Below are positions 9,766-20,589 of a stretch of 35,202 nucleotides of DNA, piece after piece. How positions within the stretch are numbered: position 1 is the stretch's first letter; each line of letters opens with the position of its first letter. The position numbers were made by a program, and so were the translations under genes. The notes under the pieces were generated by a model. The model saw nothing but the letters and a program-made list of their open reading frames with translations. It was not told where the DNA came from and did no database searches. This stretch comes from an uncultured Sandaracinobacter sp. (GTDB taxonomy: Bacteria; Pseudomonadota; Alphaproteobacteria; Sphingomonadales; Sphingomonadaceae). The stretch lies in contig CAYYGQ010000001.1 in NCBI GenBank assembly GCA_964471485.1, positions 1 to 35,202 of the forward strand, read 5' to 3'.

Positions 9766-11645
9766 TGGCGGACATGCTGGCCGCCACCGACATCGACCGC
9801 TACCTCCGCCGCCACCAGCAAAAGGACATGCTGCGCTTCCTGACCTGCGGCTCGGTCGACGATGGCAAATCGACGCTGATCGGCCGCCTGCTGTACGATT
9901 CGAAGCTGTTGTTCGAGGATCAGCTGGCGGCGTTGCGGGCGGATTCGAAAAAGATCGGCACGCAGGGGCAGGAACTGGATTTCGCCCTGCTGGTGGACGG
10001 CCTGGCCGCCGAGCGCGAGCAGGGCATCACCATTGATGTCGCCTATCGCTTTTTCGAGACGGAAAAGCGCAAGTTCATCGTCGCCGACACGCCGGGGCAC
10101 GAACAATATACCCGGAACATGGCGACGGGCGCCTCCACCGCCGACCTGGCCGTCATCCTCGTCGACGCCCGCAAAGGTGTGCTGGTGCAGACGCGGCGGC
10201 ACAGCTATCTGGCGCGCCTGCTGGGCATCCGCCACATCGTCCTCGCCGTCAACAAGATGGATCTGGTCGATTACAGCCGGGAAAGCTACGATTCGATCGT
10301 CCGCGACTATGCCGCCTTCGCCGAACGCATCGGCTTCGATAGCTTCGTGCCGATCCCGATTTCCGGCTTCAGGGGCGACAATGTCACCGACAGCAGCGCC
10401 CATATGCCCTGGTATCGGGGACCGACCCTGATCCAGCATCTCGAAAATGTCGAGGTCGACGCCGACGACCGGGAGGCGCCGTTCCGCATGACGGTGCAGT
10501 GGGTGAACCGGCCGAATCTCGATTTTCGCGGTTTTTCCGGCCGCATCCACGCCGGGCGGGCGCGGCCGGGCGACGCCGTCCGCGTGCTGCCCTCGGGGAA
10601 GGCCAGCCGCATCGCCCGCATCGTCACCATGGAGGGCGATCTCGACGAGGCGGTGGCCGGCCAGTCGGTGACGCTGGTGCTGGCCGACGAGATCGACTGT
10701 TCGCGCGGCGATGTCATTGCCGCCGCCGGCGATCCGCCGCAACTGGCCGACCAGTTCGAAGCCACCATCGTCTGGATGGCGGACGAGCCGATGCTGCCCG
10801 GCCGCGCCTATCAACTGAAGCTGGCCACGCAAAATGTGCCGGCGACGGTGCAGAATCTGAAATACCGGGTCGATGTCAACAATCTGGAGCATCTGGCGGC
10901 GAAGACGCTGGAGCTGAACGCCATCGGCGTCGCCAACCTGTCGACCAGCGCCCCCATCGTGTTCGCGCCCTATGCCGACGACCATACGCTCGGCGGCTTC
11001 ATCCTCGTCGACCGCATCAGCAACGCCACGGTGGGCGCCGGCATGCTGCATTTCAGCCTGCGCCGCGCCCAGAACATCCACTGGCAGCCGACCGATACCA
11101 GCCGCGAGCATCGGGCGGCCCTGAAAAACCAGCGCCCGGCGGTGCTGTGGTTCACCGGCCTCTCGGGCGCCGGCAAGTCGGCCATCGCCAACGCCCTCGA
11201 ACAGAAGCTGGCGCGCATGAACCGCCACACCTGCCTCCTCGATGGCGACAATATCCGCCATGGCCTGAACCGCGACCTCGGCTTCACCGACGCCGACCGG
11301 GTGGAGAATATCCGCCGCGTCGGCGAAGTGGCGCGGCTGATGGCGGATGCCGGGCTGATCGTCATCACCGCCTTCATTTCGCCGTTCCGTGCCGAGCGCG
11401 ACATGGTGCGGCGCATGCTGCCGCCGGGCGAATTCGTCGAGATCCATGTCGATACGCCGCTGGCGATCGCCGAGGCGCGCGACGTGAAGGGCCTCTACGA
11501 GAAGGCGCGCCGCGGCGAGCTGAAGAATTTCACGGGCGTCGACAGCCCCTATGAGGCGCCCGAGAACCCGGAGATCCGCATCGACACCACGGCGATGAGC
11601 GCCGACGAGGCGGCCGAGGCGATCCTTGCCCGGCTGATCCCGTGA
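9765..11645 (+). CDS. cysNC: Bifunctional sulfate adenylyltransferase subunit 1 / APS kinase
   Basis: [27 protein letters not shown] GTPase motifs; C-terminal [11 protein letters not shown] and [13 protein letters not shown] kinase motifs. Confidence 0.97.
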   Translation: MADMLAATDIDRYLRRHQQKDMLRFLTCGSVDDGKSTLIGRLLYDSKLLFEDQLAALRADSKKIGTQGQELDFALLVDGLAAEREQGITIDVAYRFFETEKRKFIVADTPGHEQYTRNMATGASTADLAVILVDARKGVLVQTRRHSYLARLLGIRHIVLAVNKMDLVDYSRESYDSIVRDYAAFAERIGFDSFVPIPISGFRGDNVTDSSAHMPWYRGPTLIQHLENVEVDADDREAPFRMTVQWVNRPNLDFRGFSGRIHAGRARPGDAVRVLPSGKASRIARIVTMEGDLDEAVAGQSVTLVLADEIDCSRGDVIAAAGDPPQLADQFEATIVWMADEPMLPGRAYQLKLATQNVPATVQNLKYRVDVNNLEHLAAKTLELNAIGVANLSTSAPIVFAPYADDHTLGGFILVDRISNATVGAGMLHFSLRRAQNIHWQPTDTSREHRAALKNQRPAVLWFTGLSGAGKSAIANALEQKLARMNRHTCLLDGDNIRHGLNRDLGFTDADRVENIRRVGEVARLMADAGLIVITAFISPFRAERDMVRRMLPPGEFVEIHVDTPLAIAEARDVKGLYEKARRGELKNFTGVDSPYEAPENPEIRIDTTAMSADEAAEAILARLIP

Positions 11646-12532
11646 ATGCCCCGCCGAATACCCGGCCGGATACCCGGCCGGACACCCTGACGGACAGCCA
11701 GCCGGACACCCCGCCGAATGGCGGCCTGCTGACCGACGCCGAACTGGCCGCCCGGCTGGCGCAGGCCGCCGGGCGGCTGCTGCTGGCGACCCGCGCGCTG
11801 GCGTGGACGGCGGCGCGGGCGGCGGCGGCAGCCCCCGACCCCATGGCGCTCGGCAAGGCCGGCGACCGCGCGGCGAACCGCTTCCTCTGCCAGGCGCTGC
11901 GCGACGCCCGGCCGGACGACGGGCTGCTGTCGGAAGAGGAAGCGGACGATCGCCGCCGGCTGGCCATGCGCCGGGTGTGGATCATCGACCCGCTCGACGG
12001 CACGCGCGAATATGGCGAGGGGCGGGCCGACTGGGCAGTCCATGTCGGCCTTGCCATCGACGGCCGGCCGGCGACGGCGGCGGTCGCCCTTCCCGACCGT
12101 GGCCGCTTCCGGCTGTTGCGCTCTGATCGCCCGGTGCCGGCGGCGACGGGCACGGCAGCGGCGGGCGCAGCGGCGACGGGCGCGACAGGGCTGCGGATGC
12201 TGGTGTCGCGCAGCCGCCCGCCGGCGCTGGCCGCCGCTGTCGCCAGACGCCTTGGCGCCTCCCTCATGGCCATGGGTTCGGCCGGAGCAAAGGCGATGGC
12301 CGTCGTTCTCGGCGAGGCCGACCTCTATCTCCACTCTGGCGGCCAGCGCGAGTGGGACAGCCTGGCGCCGGTCGCCGTGGCGCTGGCAAACGGTCTTCAC
12401 TGTTCGCGCATCGACGGCGCGGCGCTTCGCTACAACGGCGCCGACACCTCGCTTCCCGACCTGCTGATCTGCCGGAAAACGCTTGCTCCTGAAGTGCTGG
12501 CCCTGGTCGCCGAAGAAAGCGGGCGAAGCTGA
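11642..12532 (+). CDS. cysQ: 3'(2'),5'-bisphosphate nucleotidase
   Basis: [28 protein letters not shown] motifs; GTGA overlap with the cysNC stop. Confidence 0.92.
   Translation: MNAPPNTRPDTRPDTLTDSQPDTPPNGGLLTDAELAARLAQAAGRLLLATRALAWTAARAAAAAPDPMALGKAGDRAANRFLCQALRDARPDDGLLSEEEADDRRRLAMRRVWIIDPLDGTREYGEGRADWAVHVGLAIDGRPATAAVALPDRGRFRLLRSDRPVPAATGTAAAGAAATGATGLRMLVSRSRPPALAAAVARRLGASLMAMGSAGAKAMAVVLGEADLYLHSGGQREWDSLAPVAVALANGLHCSRIDGAALRYNGADTSLPDLLICRKTLAPEVLALVAEESGRS
11651..11719 (+). repeat. Degenerate 12-bp tandem repeat in the cysQ 5' end ([20 protein letters not shown])
   Basis: CCGAATACCCGG / CCGGATACCCGG / CCGGACACCCTG / ... units. Confidence 0.7.
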
Positions 12533-12560
12533 CGGCGGCACGGTTCGCCTAACCCAGAAA

Positions 12561-12662
12561 TTTTTTCCGGGCCGATAGAAAAACTCATTACGGGGAACGG
12601 CCGCCGCTATCTAAGCAGGAAGCAGTCAACCGATAGGACTGCCCGTGTCTGCCACTCCGCTT
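12561..12662 (+). promoter_or_regulatory. cys promoter/leader, copy 2 (upstream of cysJ)
   Basis: TTTTTTCCGGGCCGATAGAAAAACTCATT, colinear with 8611-8712. Confidence 0.8.
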
Positions 12663-14486
12663 GCCTCCTCGATCCTCTCCGAGCGCCACACGGCGCTCCT
12701 GGATGAACTGTCCGAAGCGCTGGAGCAGCCGGCGCTGTTGTGGGCGTCCGGCTATCTCGCCGGGCGGGCGGCCGTCCGCAAAGGCGCCATGCTGGTGGTG
12801 CCGTCGAACGACGAGGCGGTGGCGCCGCCGGCGGCCGCCGAAGCGCGCACGCTCACCGTGCTCTACGGCAGCCAGACCGGCAACGCCAAGCGCGTCGCCG
12901 AGGATCTGGCCGCCCGCGCCAGGGCGGCCGGCCTGGCCGTGCAACTGGTGCGCGCCGATTCCTACAAGACCCACCAGTTGAAGAACGAAAAGCTGCTCTA
13001 TGTCGTCATCAGCACCCACAGCGAGGGCGACACCATCGAGCCGCCCGACGATTCCCGCGACTTCATCGAGTTCCTGAACGGTCGGCGGGCGCCGAAACTG
13101 CCCGATCTGCACTATGCGGTGCTGGCGCTTGGCGACACCAGCTATCCGGGCTTCTGCGGCATCGGCCGCGAAGTGGACGCGCGGCTCGAGGCGCTGGGCG
13201 GCAAGCGGCTGCGGCCGCTCGGCGAGGCCGATGTCGATATCGAGACGGTGGCCGGGCCGTGGACGGAAACCGCGCTGGCCGACGCGCGAAAGGAATTGCA
13301 GCCGGCGGCGGGCGCCGCCCAGCCGCGGGTGGCGACGGTGACGCCGCTGCACCCGATCGCGGCGCAGAAACGCTGGACCCGGCAGAACCCCTTTGCCGCC
13401 GAACTGCTGATGAACCAGCGCATCGTCTCTGCCGGCAGCGACCGCGACGTGCGCCACATCGAACTGTCGCTCGAAGGAAGCGGCCTCGATTATCAGCCGG
13501 GCGACGCGCTCGGCGTCTGGCCCCGGCAGGAGGCGGCGCTGGTCGCGGAAGTGATCGGCCTGTTGCGGCTCGACGCCGGCGAAACGGTGCAGGTGGGCGA
13601 CACCAGCCTGCCGCTTGGCCAGTGGCTTGCCGAACGACGCGAACTGACGCTGCTGACCCGCCCCTTCATCGAAGCGCAGGCCAAACGCGGCGGCCATGCC
13701 GATCTTCTGCGGCTGTTGCAGCCGGAAGGCGCCGCCGGGCTTGGCCCGCTGCTGAAGCGCTGGCAACTGGTCGATTTCCTTGCCCGCTGGCCGGCGGAAT
13801 GGGATGCGGCCTCTCTGGTGGCGGCCTTGCGGCCGCTCGCGCCCCGCATGTATTCGATCGCCTCCAGCCCGGCCGTCGTCGGCGAGGAAGTGCATCTGAC
13901 CGTGGCCGACGTGCATTATCACCACGACGGCAAGGAACGCTTCGGCGCGGCGACGCGCTACCTGTTCGATCTGGCCCCCGGCGCAAGCGTGCCGGTGTTC
14001 ATCGACCCGAACGACCGCTTCCGCCTGCCGGCCGACCCGGACACCGACATCATCCTCATCGGCCCCGGCACCGGCGTGGCGCCGTTCCGCGCCTTCGTGC
14101 AGCAACGCGCCGAAACCGGCGCCGGCGGCCGCCAGTGGCTGTTCTTCGGCAACCGCCGCCGCCGCGACGATTTCCTCTACCAGACCGAATGGTTGCAGGC
14201 CCTTCGCGAGGGGGCATTGAGCCGCCTTTCCGTCGCCTTCTCGCGCGACCAGGAACACAAGATCTATGTGCAGGACCGCCTGCGCGAAGCGGGCGCCGAA
14301 CTGTGGTCGTGGCTCGAAGGCGGCGCCCATCTCTACCTCTGCGGCGACGCCGACCATATGGCCCCCGACGTGCAGAAGGCGCTGCTGGAAATCATCGCCG
14401 AGCATGGCAAAAAATCCGCCGACGAGGCCGCCAACTGGCTGAAGGAACTGGCGAAAGCCGGCCGCTACGCCCGCGACGTTTACTGA
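12645..14486 (+). CDS. cysJ: Sulfite reductase [NADPH] flavoprotein
   Basis: LLWASGYLAG, LYGSQTGNA flavodoxin motif, RMYSIASS, GPGTGVAPFR, LFFGNR, RYARDVY. Confidence 0.97.
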   Translation: MSATPLASSILSERHTALLDELSEALEQPALLWASGYLAGRAAVRKGAMLVVPSNDEAVAPPAAAEARTLTVLYGSQTGNAKRVAEDLAARARAAGLAVQLVRADSYKTHQLKNEKLLYVVISTHSEGDTIEPPDDSRDFIEFLNGRRAPKLPDLHYAVLALGDTSYPGFCGIGREVDARLEALGGKRLRPLGEADVDIETVAGPWTETALADARKELQPAAGAAQPRVATVTPLHPIAAQKRWTRQNPFAAELLMNQRIVSAGSDRDVRHIELSLEGSGLDYQPGDALGVWPRQEAALVAEVIGLLRLDAGETVQVGDTSLPLGQWLAERRELTLLTRPFIEAQAKRGGHADLLRLLQPEGAAGLGPLLKRWQLVDFLARWPAEWDAASLVAALRPLAPRMYSIASSPAVVGEEVHLTVADVHYHHDGKERFGAATRYLFDLAPGASVPVFIDPNDRFRLPADPDTDIILIGPGTGVAPFRAFVQQRAETGAGGRQWLFFGNRRRRDDFLYQTEWLQALREGALSRLSVAFSRDQEHKIYVQDRLREAGAELWSWLEGGAHLYLCGDADHMAPDVQKALLEIIAEHGKKSADEAANWLKELAKAGRYARDVY

Positions 14487-14496
14487 AAGAATCCCG

Positions 14497-16194
14497 ATGA
14501 GCGAACAACTCTCCGCGCTGGAGCATATCAAGGCAGAGAGCCGCTTCCTCCGCGGCACCATCGCCGAAGGGCTGGCCGACCCGCTGACCGGCGCCATCGT
14601 CGAGGCCGACACCAAGCTGTTGAAATTCCACGGCAGCTACATGCAAGACGACCGCGACCTCCGCGACGAGCGCCGCCGCCAGAAGCTGGAACCCGATTAT
14701 CAGTTCATGGTGCGGGTGCGCCTGCCGGGCGGCGTGCTGACCAGCAGGCAGTGGCTCGACCTCGACGATCTGGCCGAGCGCTATGCCGAGCGCGGCCTCC
14801 GCATCACCACCCGGCAGACCTTCCAGTATCATGGCGTCCGCAAGGGCAATCTGAAAAAGCTGATCGCCGGAATCTGCGCCACCGGCCTCTCGACGCGGGC
14901 CGCCTGCGGCGACGACACCCGGAACGTCGTCGCCTCCGTCAACCCGGAACTCTCGGAAGCGCACGCCGAGGTGTATGAATGGGCGCAGCGCATCAAGGAC
15001 CATATGGCGACCAAAACCACCGCCTATGAGGAATTGTGGCTGTCGGACGGCCCGGTCGACCCGGATGCCTGGAAGAAGGACGAGGAGCCGCTTTACGGCC
15101 CGACCTATCTCAACCGCAAATACAAGTTCGGCATCGCCATTCCGCCCACCAACGACATCGACGTGTTCGCCCAGGATTTCGGCCTGATCGCCATCATCGA
15201 GGACGGCAAGCTGCAGGGCTTCAACCTTGCGCCCGGCGGCTCGATGGGCACGACCGCCGGCGACCCCAGCACCTATCCGGCGCTGGGCGACCTCATCGGC
15301 TTCGTGACGCCGGAGCAATTGCTGGAAACCTGCTGGCAGTCGGTGAAGCTGCAAGGCGAACATGGCGACCGCGCCGAGCGCAAACACGCCCGCCTCAAAT
15401 ACACCATCGACCGCCGCAGCCTCCAGTGGTACCGCGACGAACTGCAATCGCGGCTGCCCTTCCCGATCCAGCCGCCCCGCCCCTATCGCTTCGACCAGAA
15501 CGGCGACCGCTACGGCTGGGTCGAGGGCGAGAACGGCCAATGGCACCTGACGCTGAGCATCCTTTCCGGCCGGCTGCTGGACGACGAACGACAGGCGCGG
15601 CGCACCGGCCTGCGCGAGATCGCCCGCGTGCACAAAGGCGGCTTCCGCCTCACCTGCGACCAGAATGTCATCATCGCCAATGTCGCGCCCGAGGATCGGG
15701 CGGCCATCGACGAACTGGCGGCCCGCTACCAGCTCGACGAATACAAGGGCATGAGCGGCATCCGCAAACATGCGATCGCCTGCGTGGCGCTACCGACCTG
15801 CGGCCTCGCCATGGCCGAAAGCGAACGCTATCTGCCGCATATCCTCGAACAAATGGAAGCGCTGCTGGCGAAATATAATCTGCTGGACGAGCCGATCCAT
15901 TTCCGCATTTCCGGCTGCCCCAACGGCTGCTCGCGCCCCTATATCGGCGAAATCGCCCTCATCGGCCGCGCCGTCGGCCGCTATGATCTGCGCCTTGGCG
16001 CCGACCATCGCGGCGAGCGGCTGAACGCCACCTATCTCGAAAACACCGGCGAGAAGGAAATCCTGGAAGTGCTGGACGGCCTGTTCGCCCGCTTTGCAAG
16101 CGAGCGCGAGGAAGGCGAGCATTTCGGCGACTTCATCGCCCGGGCCGGCATCGTCACGCCGCCCGCCCGCCGCCCTGCCCTGGAGGTGGCGTGA
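14497..16194 (+). CDS. cysI: Sulfite reductase [NADPH] hemoprotein
   Basis: [31 protein letters not shown] and SGCPNGC siroheme/4Fe-4S ligands. Confidence 0.97.
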   Translation: MSEQLSALEHIKAESRFLRGTIAEGLADPLTGAIVEADTKLLKFHGSYMQDDRDLRDERRRQKLEPDYQFMVRVRLPGGVLTSRQWLDLDDLAERYAERGLRITTRQTFQYHGVRKGNLKKLIAGICATGLSTRAACGDDTRNVVASVNPELSEAHAEVYEWAQRIKDHMATKTTAYEELWLSDGPVDPDAWKKDEEPLYGPTYLNRKYKFGIAIPPTNDIDVFAQDFGLIAIIEDGKLQGFNLAPGGSMGTTAGDPSTYPALGDLIGFVTPEQLLETCWQSVKLQGEHGDRAERKHARLKYTIDRRSLQWYRDELQSRLPFPIQPPRPYRFDQNGDRYGWVEGENGQWHLTLSILSGRLLDDERQARRTGLREIARVHKGGFRLTCDQNVIIANVAPEDRAAIDELAARYQLDEYKGMSGIRKHAIACVALPTCGLAMAESERYLPHILEQMEALLAKYNLLDEPIHFRISGCPNGCSRPYIGEIALIGRAVGRYDLRLGADHRGERLNATYLENTGEKEILEVLDGLFARFASEREEGEHFGDFIARAGIVTPPARRPALEVA

Positions 16195-16907
16195 TGGCGG
16201 ACGGCAAGATCCTGCCGGCCGCCTTCGATGTCGAGGCGGCGAACCAGCGGCTGGCGGCGATGACCGCGCCGGAACGGATCGGCTGGGCGCTCGAACATCT
16301 GCCGGAAGCGCACATCATCTCCACCAGCTTCGGCATCCAGGCGGCGGTGTCGCTGCACCTGCTGACCAGGCAGAGGCCCGACATTCCGGTGGTGTTCATC
16401 GACACCGGCTATCTGTTCCCGGAAACCTACCGCTTCGCCGACGAGCTGACCGAACGGCTGTCGCTCAACCTCAAGGTCTATCGCCCCGACATCAGCAGCG
16501 CCTGGCTGGAAGCGCGCTTCGGCAAGCTCTGGGACGAGGGCACGGACGGTCTCGACCGCTACAACCGGCTCTCCAAGCTGGAGCCGATGCAGCACGCCCT
16601 CGAGGAACTGCAAGTCGCCACCTGGTTTTCCGGCCTCAGGCGCCAGCAGTCGAAAAGCCGCGCCGCGACGCCGTTCCTGCGCTTCCAGCAGGGCCGCTAT
16701 CGGGTCTATCCGATCGCCGACTGGAACAATCGCGATGTCTGGCGCTATCTGAAGGCGAACGATCTTCCCTATCACCCGCTCTTTGAGCAGGGCTATGTCT
16801 CGGTCGGCGACGTGCAGACGACGCGGCCGCTCGAACCCGGCATGGCAGAGGAAGATACCCGCTTTTTCGGCCTGCAGCGCGAGTGCGGCCTGCACACCAG
16901 CCTGTGA
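16194..16907 (+). CDS. cysH: PAPS reductase (thioredoxin), Fe-S-free type
   Basis: [31 protein letters not shown]. Lacks the CC and CxxC cluster motifs of APS reductases. Confidence 0.95.
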   Translation: MADGKILPAAFDVEAANQRLAAMTAPERIGWALEHLPEAHIISTSFGIQAAVSLHLLTRQRPDIPVVFIDTGYLFPETYRFADELTERLSLNLKVYRPDISSAWLEARFGKLWDEGTDGLDRYNRLSKLEPMQHALEELQVATWFSGLRRQQSKSRAATPFLRFQQGRYRVYPIADWNNRDVWRYLKANDLPYHPLFEQGYVSVGDVQTTRPLEPGMAEEDTRFFGLQRECGLHTSL

Positions 16908-16943
16908 GGGCGGCCGCCTTCCTTTCTTCCGGCAGGAACCACC

Positions 16944-17729
16944 ATGGAACAGTTGCTGCTCTATATCGCCGCCGGCGCCGGCGTTGGCTTTGCCATCGGC
17001 CTGACCGGGATCGGCGGCGGCTCGCTGATGACGCCGCTGCTGCTGCTGTTCGGCCTGCCGCTGCCCACCGCCATCGGCACCGATCTGCTCTATGCCAGCG
17101 CCACCAAGGCCGGCGGCGCGGCGTTGCAGGCGCGGCGCCGCAACGTCGACTGGCGGGTGGCGCGGCTGCTGATCGCCGGCTCGCTGCCGGCGGCGGCGCT
17201 GACCACCCTGTTCCTGTGGTGGCTTGGCGGCAACACCAGCCATTTGCAGGCGCTGCTGACGGCCAGCCTCGGCTCGATGCTGGTGCTGACGGCGCTGCTG
17301 CTGCTGTTTCGCCGTCGTATCCGCGCCCGGGCGATAAGCGCGCCCGGCCCGCTGCTGTTGTGGTTGCAGGAAAACCGGGCGCTCTTGATGCCGGGCGCCG
17401 GCGCCCTGCTCGGCGTGCTCATCACCCTGTCGTCGGTCGGCGCCGGCACCGTCGGCACCGCCATCCTCATCCTGCTCTACCCCGAGTTCGACGCCTCGCG
17501 CATCATCGGCACCGAACTGGCGCACGCCGTGCCGCTGACGCTGGTGGCGGGGCTTGGCCATTTGTGGCTCGGCCATGTCGATTTCCTGCTGCTCGGCCTC
17601 CTGGTGGCCGGCGCGCTGCCGGCGATCGCCCTTGGCACCGGCCTTGGCTGCCGCTTGCCCGAGCCGGCCTTGCGCGGCCTGCTGGCGCTGACGCTGCTGG
17701 CGCTCGGCCTTAAATATCTGTTGTTCTGA
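16944..17729 (+). CDS. Sulfite exporter TauE/SafE family membrane protein
   Basis: [36 protein letters not shown] motifs; hydrophobic throughout. Confidence 0.92.
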   Translation: MEQLLLYIAAGAGVGFAIGLTGIGGGSLMTPLLLLFGLPLPTAIGTDLLYASATKAGGAALQARRRNVDWRVARLLIAGSLPAAALTTLFLWWLGGNTSHLQALLTASLGSMLVLTALLLLFRRRIRARAISAPGPLLLWLQENRALLMPGAGALLGVLITLSSVGAGTVGTAILILLYPEFDASRIIGTELAHAVPLTLVAGLGHLWLGHVDFLLLGLLVAGALPAIALGTGLGCRLPEPALRGLLALTLLALGLKYLLF

Positions 17730-17754
17730 ACCCCCTTTCGATCGGATCTCCGCC

Positions 17755-19218
17755 ATGGCCAGACTTTACGGATTGTTTGCCGACCTTGCCGGGCGGCGGG
17801 TGCTGGTGGTGGGCGGCGGCAAGGTGGCCGAACGCAAGGTGGCGGCATTGCTGGAAGCCGGCGCCGCCGTGCTGGTGGCGGCGCCGCGGCTGACTGGTGC
17901 GCTGGGCCGGCTGGCGGCGGCGGGCCGGATCGGCCACCGCCCCGAAGGCTTTGCCGAACAACTGCTGGACGATTGCTGGCTGGCGGTGGCGGCCACCGAC
18001 GACCAGGCGCTGAACCGTTCCGTCGCCGCCGCCGCCGAAGCGCGGCATATGCTGGTGAATGTGGTGGACGACACCGCGCTTTCGAGCTTCCATGTGCCGG
18101 CCATCGTCGATCGCGGCGCCTTGCAGATCGCCATTTCAACGGCCGGCGCCGCCCCGGTGGTTGCCCGCCAGTTGCGGGCGCGGCTGGAAATCTGGCTGGA
18201 CGAATCCTGGGGCGGCATGGTGGCGCTGGCCGCCCGCTTCCGCCAGCGCACCAAGGCCGCTTTCCCCGATTTGGCCGCGCGCCGGCGGTTTTTCGAGCGG
18301 CTGACCGAAGGCCCGGCCATGGAGAGCCTGCGCCGCGGCGACAGCGCCGCCGCCGAGCGCGCCTTGCAGCAACTGCTGACCGAGGCGCCCACGGAGACGG
18401 CCGGCGAAGTGGTGCTGGTCGGCGCCGGGCCGGGCGATCCCGGCCTCCTCACCATCCACGCCCTTCGCGCCTTGCAGCAGGCCGATGTCATCCTCCACGA
18501 CCGGCTGGTGTCGGCGGAGGTGCTGCAACGCGCCCGCCGCGACGCCGAGTTGATCGCGGTCGGCAAGGTGCCGGGCAGCCGCCACCACAGCCAGGAATGG
18601 ATCAACGCCCTTTTGGTGTCGCAGGCGCGAAAGGGCCGCCGGGTGGTGCGTTTGAAAGGCGGCGACCCCTTCATCTTCGGCCGTGGCGGCGAGGAACTGG
18701 AAGCGCTGCGCGCCGCCGGCATCCGCTATCGGGTGGTGCCGGGCATCACCGCCGCCGCCGCTTGCGCCGCCTATGCCGGAATCCCGCTCACCCACCGCGA
18801 CCATGCCCAGTCGGTGCGTTTCGTCACCGCCCACTGCCGGCAATCGGTCGACACGCTCGACTGGCAAGCGCTGGCGGCCGACCGGCAGACATTGGCCGTC
18901 TATATGGGGGTGGGCCAGCTCGGCCGTATCCGCGACCGGCTGCTGGCGGCCGGCCGCGCCGCCTCGACTCCCTTTGCCTTGATCGAAAAGGGCAGCACGC
19001 CCGAACAGCGGGTGGTGGCGGGCACGCTTGGCGAGCTACCGGAAGTGGCGGCGCGGCACGGCATCGCGGCGCCGGCGCTGCTGATCCTTGGCGAAGTGGC
19101 GGCGCTGGGCCGGACGCTGGCCTGGCGCGGCGTATCCGACCTCGCCGCCAACGAATTGTCCGCCCCCGGCCGCAAAGCGGCGCCGGATCGAAGCAGGAAG
19201 GCGCGCCGCCAGGGGTAG
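17755..19218 (+). CDS. cysG: Siroheme synthase
   Basis: [54 protein letters not shown]. Confidence 0.97.
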   Translation: MARLYGLFADLAGRRVLVVGGGKVAERKVAALLEAGAAVLVAAPRLTGALGRLAAAGRIGHRPEGFAEQLLDDCWLAVAATDDQALNRSVAAAAEARHMLVNVVDDTALSSFHVPAIVDRGALQIAISTAGAAPVVARQLRARLEIWLDESWGGMVALAARFRQRTKAAFPDLAARRRFFERLTEGPAMESLRRGDSAAAERALQQLLTEAPTETAGEVVLVGAGPGDPGLLTIHALRALQQADVILHDRLVSAEVLQRARRDAELIAVGKVPGSRHHSQEWINALLVSQARKGRRVVRLKGGDPFIFGRGGEELEALRAAGIRYRVVPGITAAAACAAYAGIPLTHRDHAQSVRFVTAHCRQSVDTLDWQALAADRQTLAVYMGVGQLGRIRDRLLAAGRAASTPFALIEKGSTPEQRVVAGTLGELPEVAARHGIAAPALLILGEVAALGRTLAWRGVSDLAANELSAPGRKAAPDRSRKARRQG

Positions 19219-19224
19219 GGCCGG

Positions 19225-20589
19225 CTAGAATTCGCCGGAAACGGTGATGACCGGGCCGCTTTTCGGCAGCGCATTGCCGGCGGCGCGCAGGCGGTAATCC
19301 ACCTGCGCCCGGAACGGCCATGGCTGGATGCGGAACTGCGCCGAAGGGCCGACATCGAGCCGCGACACGGTGCGCCCGTAATCGCGCTGCGCCGCCCCCC
19401 AGAGACCGGCGCCGCCGTCGATCGTCACCTGCCCCAGCGACAACAGCGGCGTTCCGGCCCGCAGCTGCCCGCCGGCATAAAGCGCCGTCTGCCGGAAACC
19501 GATGACGCCAGCCTCTCCATAGCCGTCGATCCGGAACGGCCGCCCGGCCAATCCGGCCTCGGCGCTGCCGCCGCCGGACAGCCGCGCCGCCCAGCCGTTC
19601 CGGGCCACCAGCCCCAGGGCGAAGCGCCGCTCGGCGTCGATCGCCAGCGGCACGTTTCGAAACGGTTGCAGGCGAAGGCCGAGCGCCGCCTCGGCGGTTT
19701 CCTGATCAAGGCCGCCATTCGCCCTGGACGCGGCGCTGACCCGGCCGACCACCGACAGCCGCGTCGCCGCCAGCGGGTTCAGCACGTAACCGGCGGCAAC
19801 GCCCGCCTGCCCGCCGCCCAGCACCGGCGACGCCGCCAGCGGGTCGTTCGCCCCCCCCGAACGCGAGAGGATATAGCCGGCGATCGACCAGCGCTTCGTC
19901 AACTGCGCCGAATCGGCCCGCCATTGCGCGGCGCCCTCGGCCTCCGGGGCCAGCCGCGCCGCTTCGCCCAGCAGCGCCACCGCCTGCCGCCGGTCGCCGG
20001 CCCGCAACGCCTGATAACCGGCCGTCGCCAGCCGATGCGCGCGCGCTGCCCCCGAACCGGCTTCCGAACCGGCTTCTGAATTAGCTTCTGGGCCGGCCCC
20101 CGGTTCGATCGGCGGCCCGGCGGCGGACAGGGCGCTTTCCCCGGCCGGGGCCGCCGGGGCGGAAGGGGCAATGGCCCAGGCCGGCGGCATGGGCGCGGCC
20201 ATGCTGCTGTGCATGGCCGGCGGCGCCGCCTCTGTCACCACGCGAACGACGGTTTCGCGCGCCGCCGGCGCGCCCGTCAGCGCCGCGCCCCCCGCACCCC
20301 AGCCCGGTCCCCAGCCGGCGGCGATAAGACGGCTGACGGTCTGCTCGGCCACCTGGGCCGCGACCCGCGCCGCCACCTCGGCGGCGAGGTCGGCGCCTGG
20401 CGCCGCCGCCGCCGCCGACACCGCCGACGACGCTGCGTCCTTGCCGACCGCGGCGCGCAACTGCTGCTGTTCCTGCTCGTTCGCCGACAACAGCCCCGGC
20501 AGCCGCCCGGCAAGCCAGCCCAGCGCCAGAATGGCGGCGATCTGGTAGATGCGAAGCGCGCTGCCCTGGCGATGCGCCTTCTCAGCCAC
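19225..20589 (-). CDS. NfrA-like outer-membrane protein (membrane anchor, TPR-like helix, C-terminal beta-barrel)
   Basis: GTG 20589 overlaps the upstream TGA. Hydrophobic N-terminus, Ala/Pro linker, GYQALRAGDRRQAVALL TPR-like segment, Gly/aromatic strands ending in ...TVSGEF; lies downstream of the nfrB-like gene. Confidence 0.65.
   Translation of the reverse strand: MAEKAHRQGSALRIYQIAAILALGWLAGRLPGLLSANEQEQQQLRAAVGKDAASSAVSAAAAAPGADLAAEVAARVAAQVAEQTVSRLIAAGWGPGWGAGGAALTGAPAARETVVRVVTEAAPPAMHSSMAAPMPPAWAIAPSAPAAPAGESALSAAGPPIEPGAGPEANSEAGSEAGSGAARAHRLATAGYQALRAGDRRQAVALLGEAARLAPEAEGAAQWRADSAQLTKRWSIAGYILSRSGGANDPLAASPVLGGGQAGVAAGYVLNPLAATRLSVVGRVSAASRANGGLDQETAEAALGLRLQPFRNVPLAIDAERRFALGLVARNGWAARLSGGGSAEAGLAGRPFRIDGYGEAGVIGFRQTALYAGGQLRAGTPLLSLGQVTIDGGAGLWGAAQRDYGRTVSRLDVGPSAQFRIQPWPFRAQVDYRLRAAGNALPKSGPVITVSGEF

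Noticed and set aside
8635-19355. Long antisense and alternate-frame ORFs over the cys genes (e.g. 9756..11447, 12588..14615, 16032..17756)
   Set aside because: Shadow ORFs caused by high GC3 codon bias; no motifs, and they fully overlap well-identified genes.
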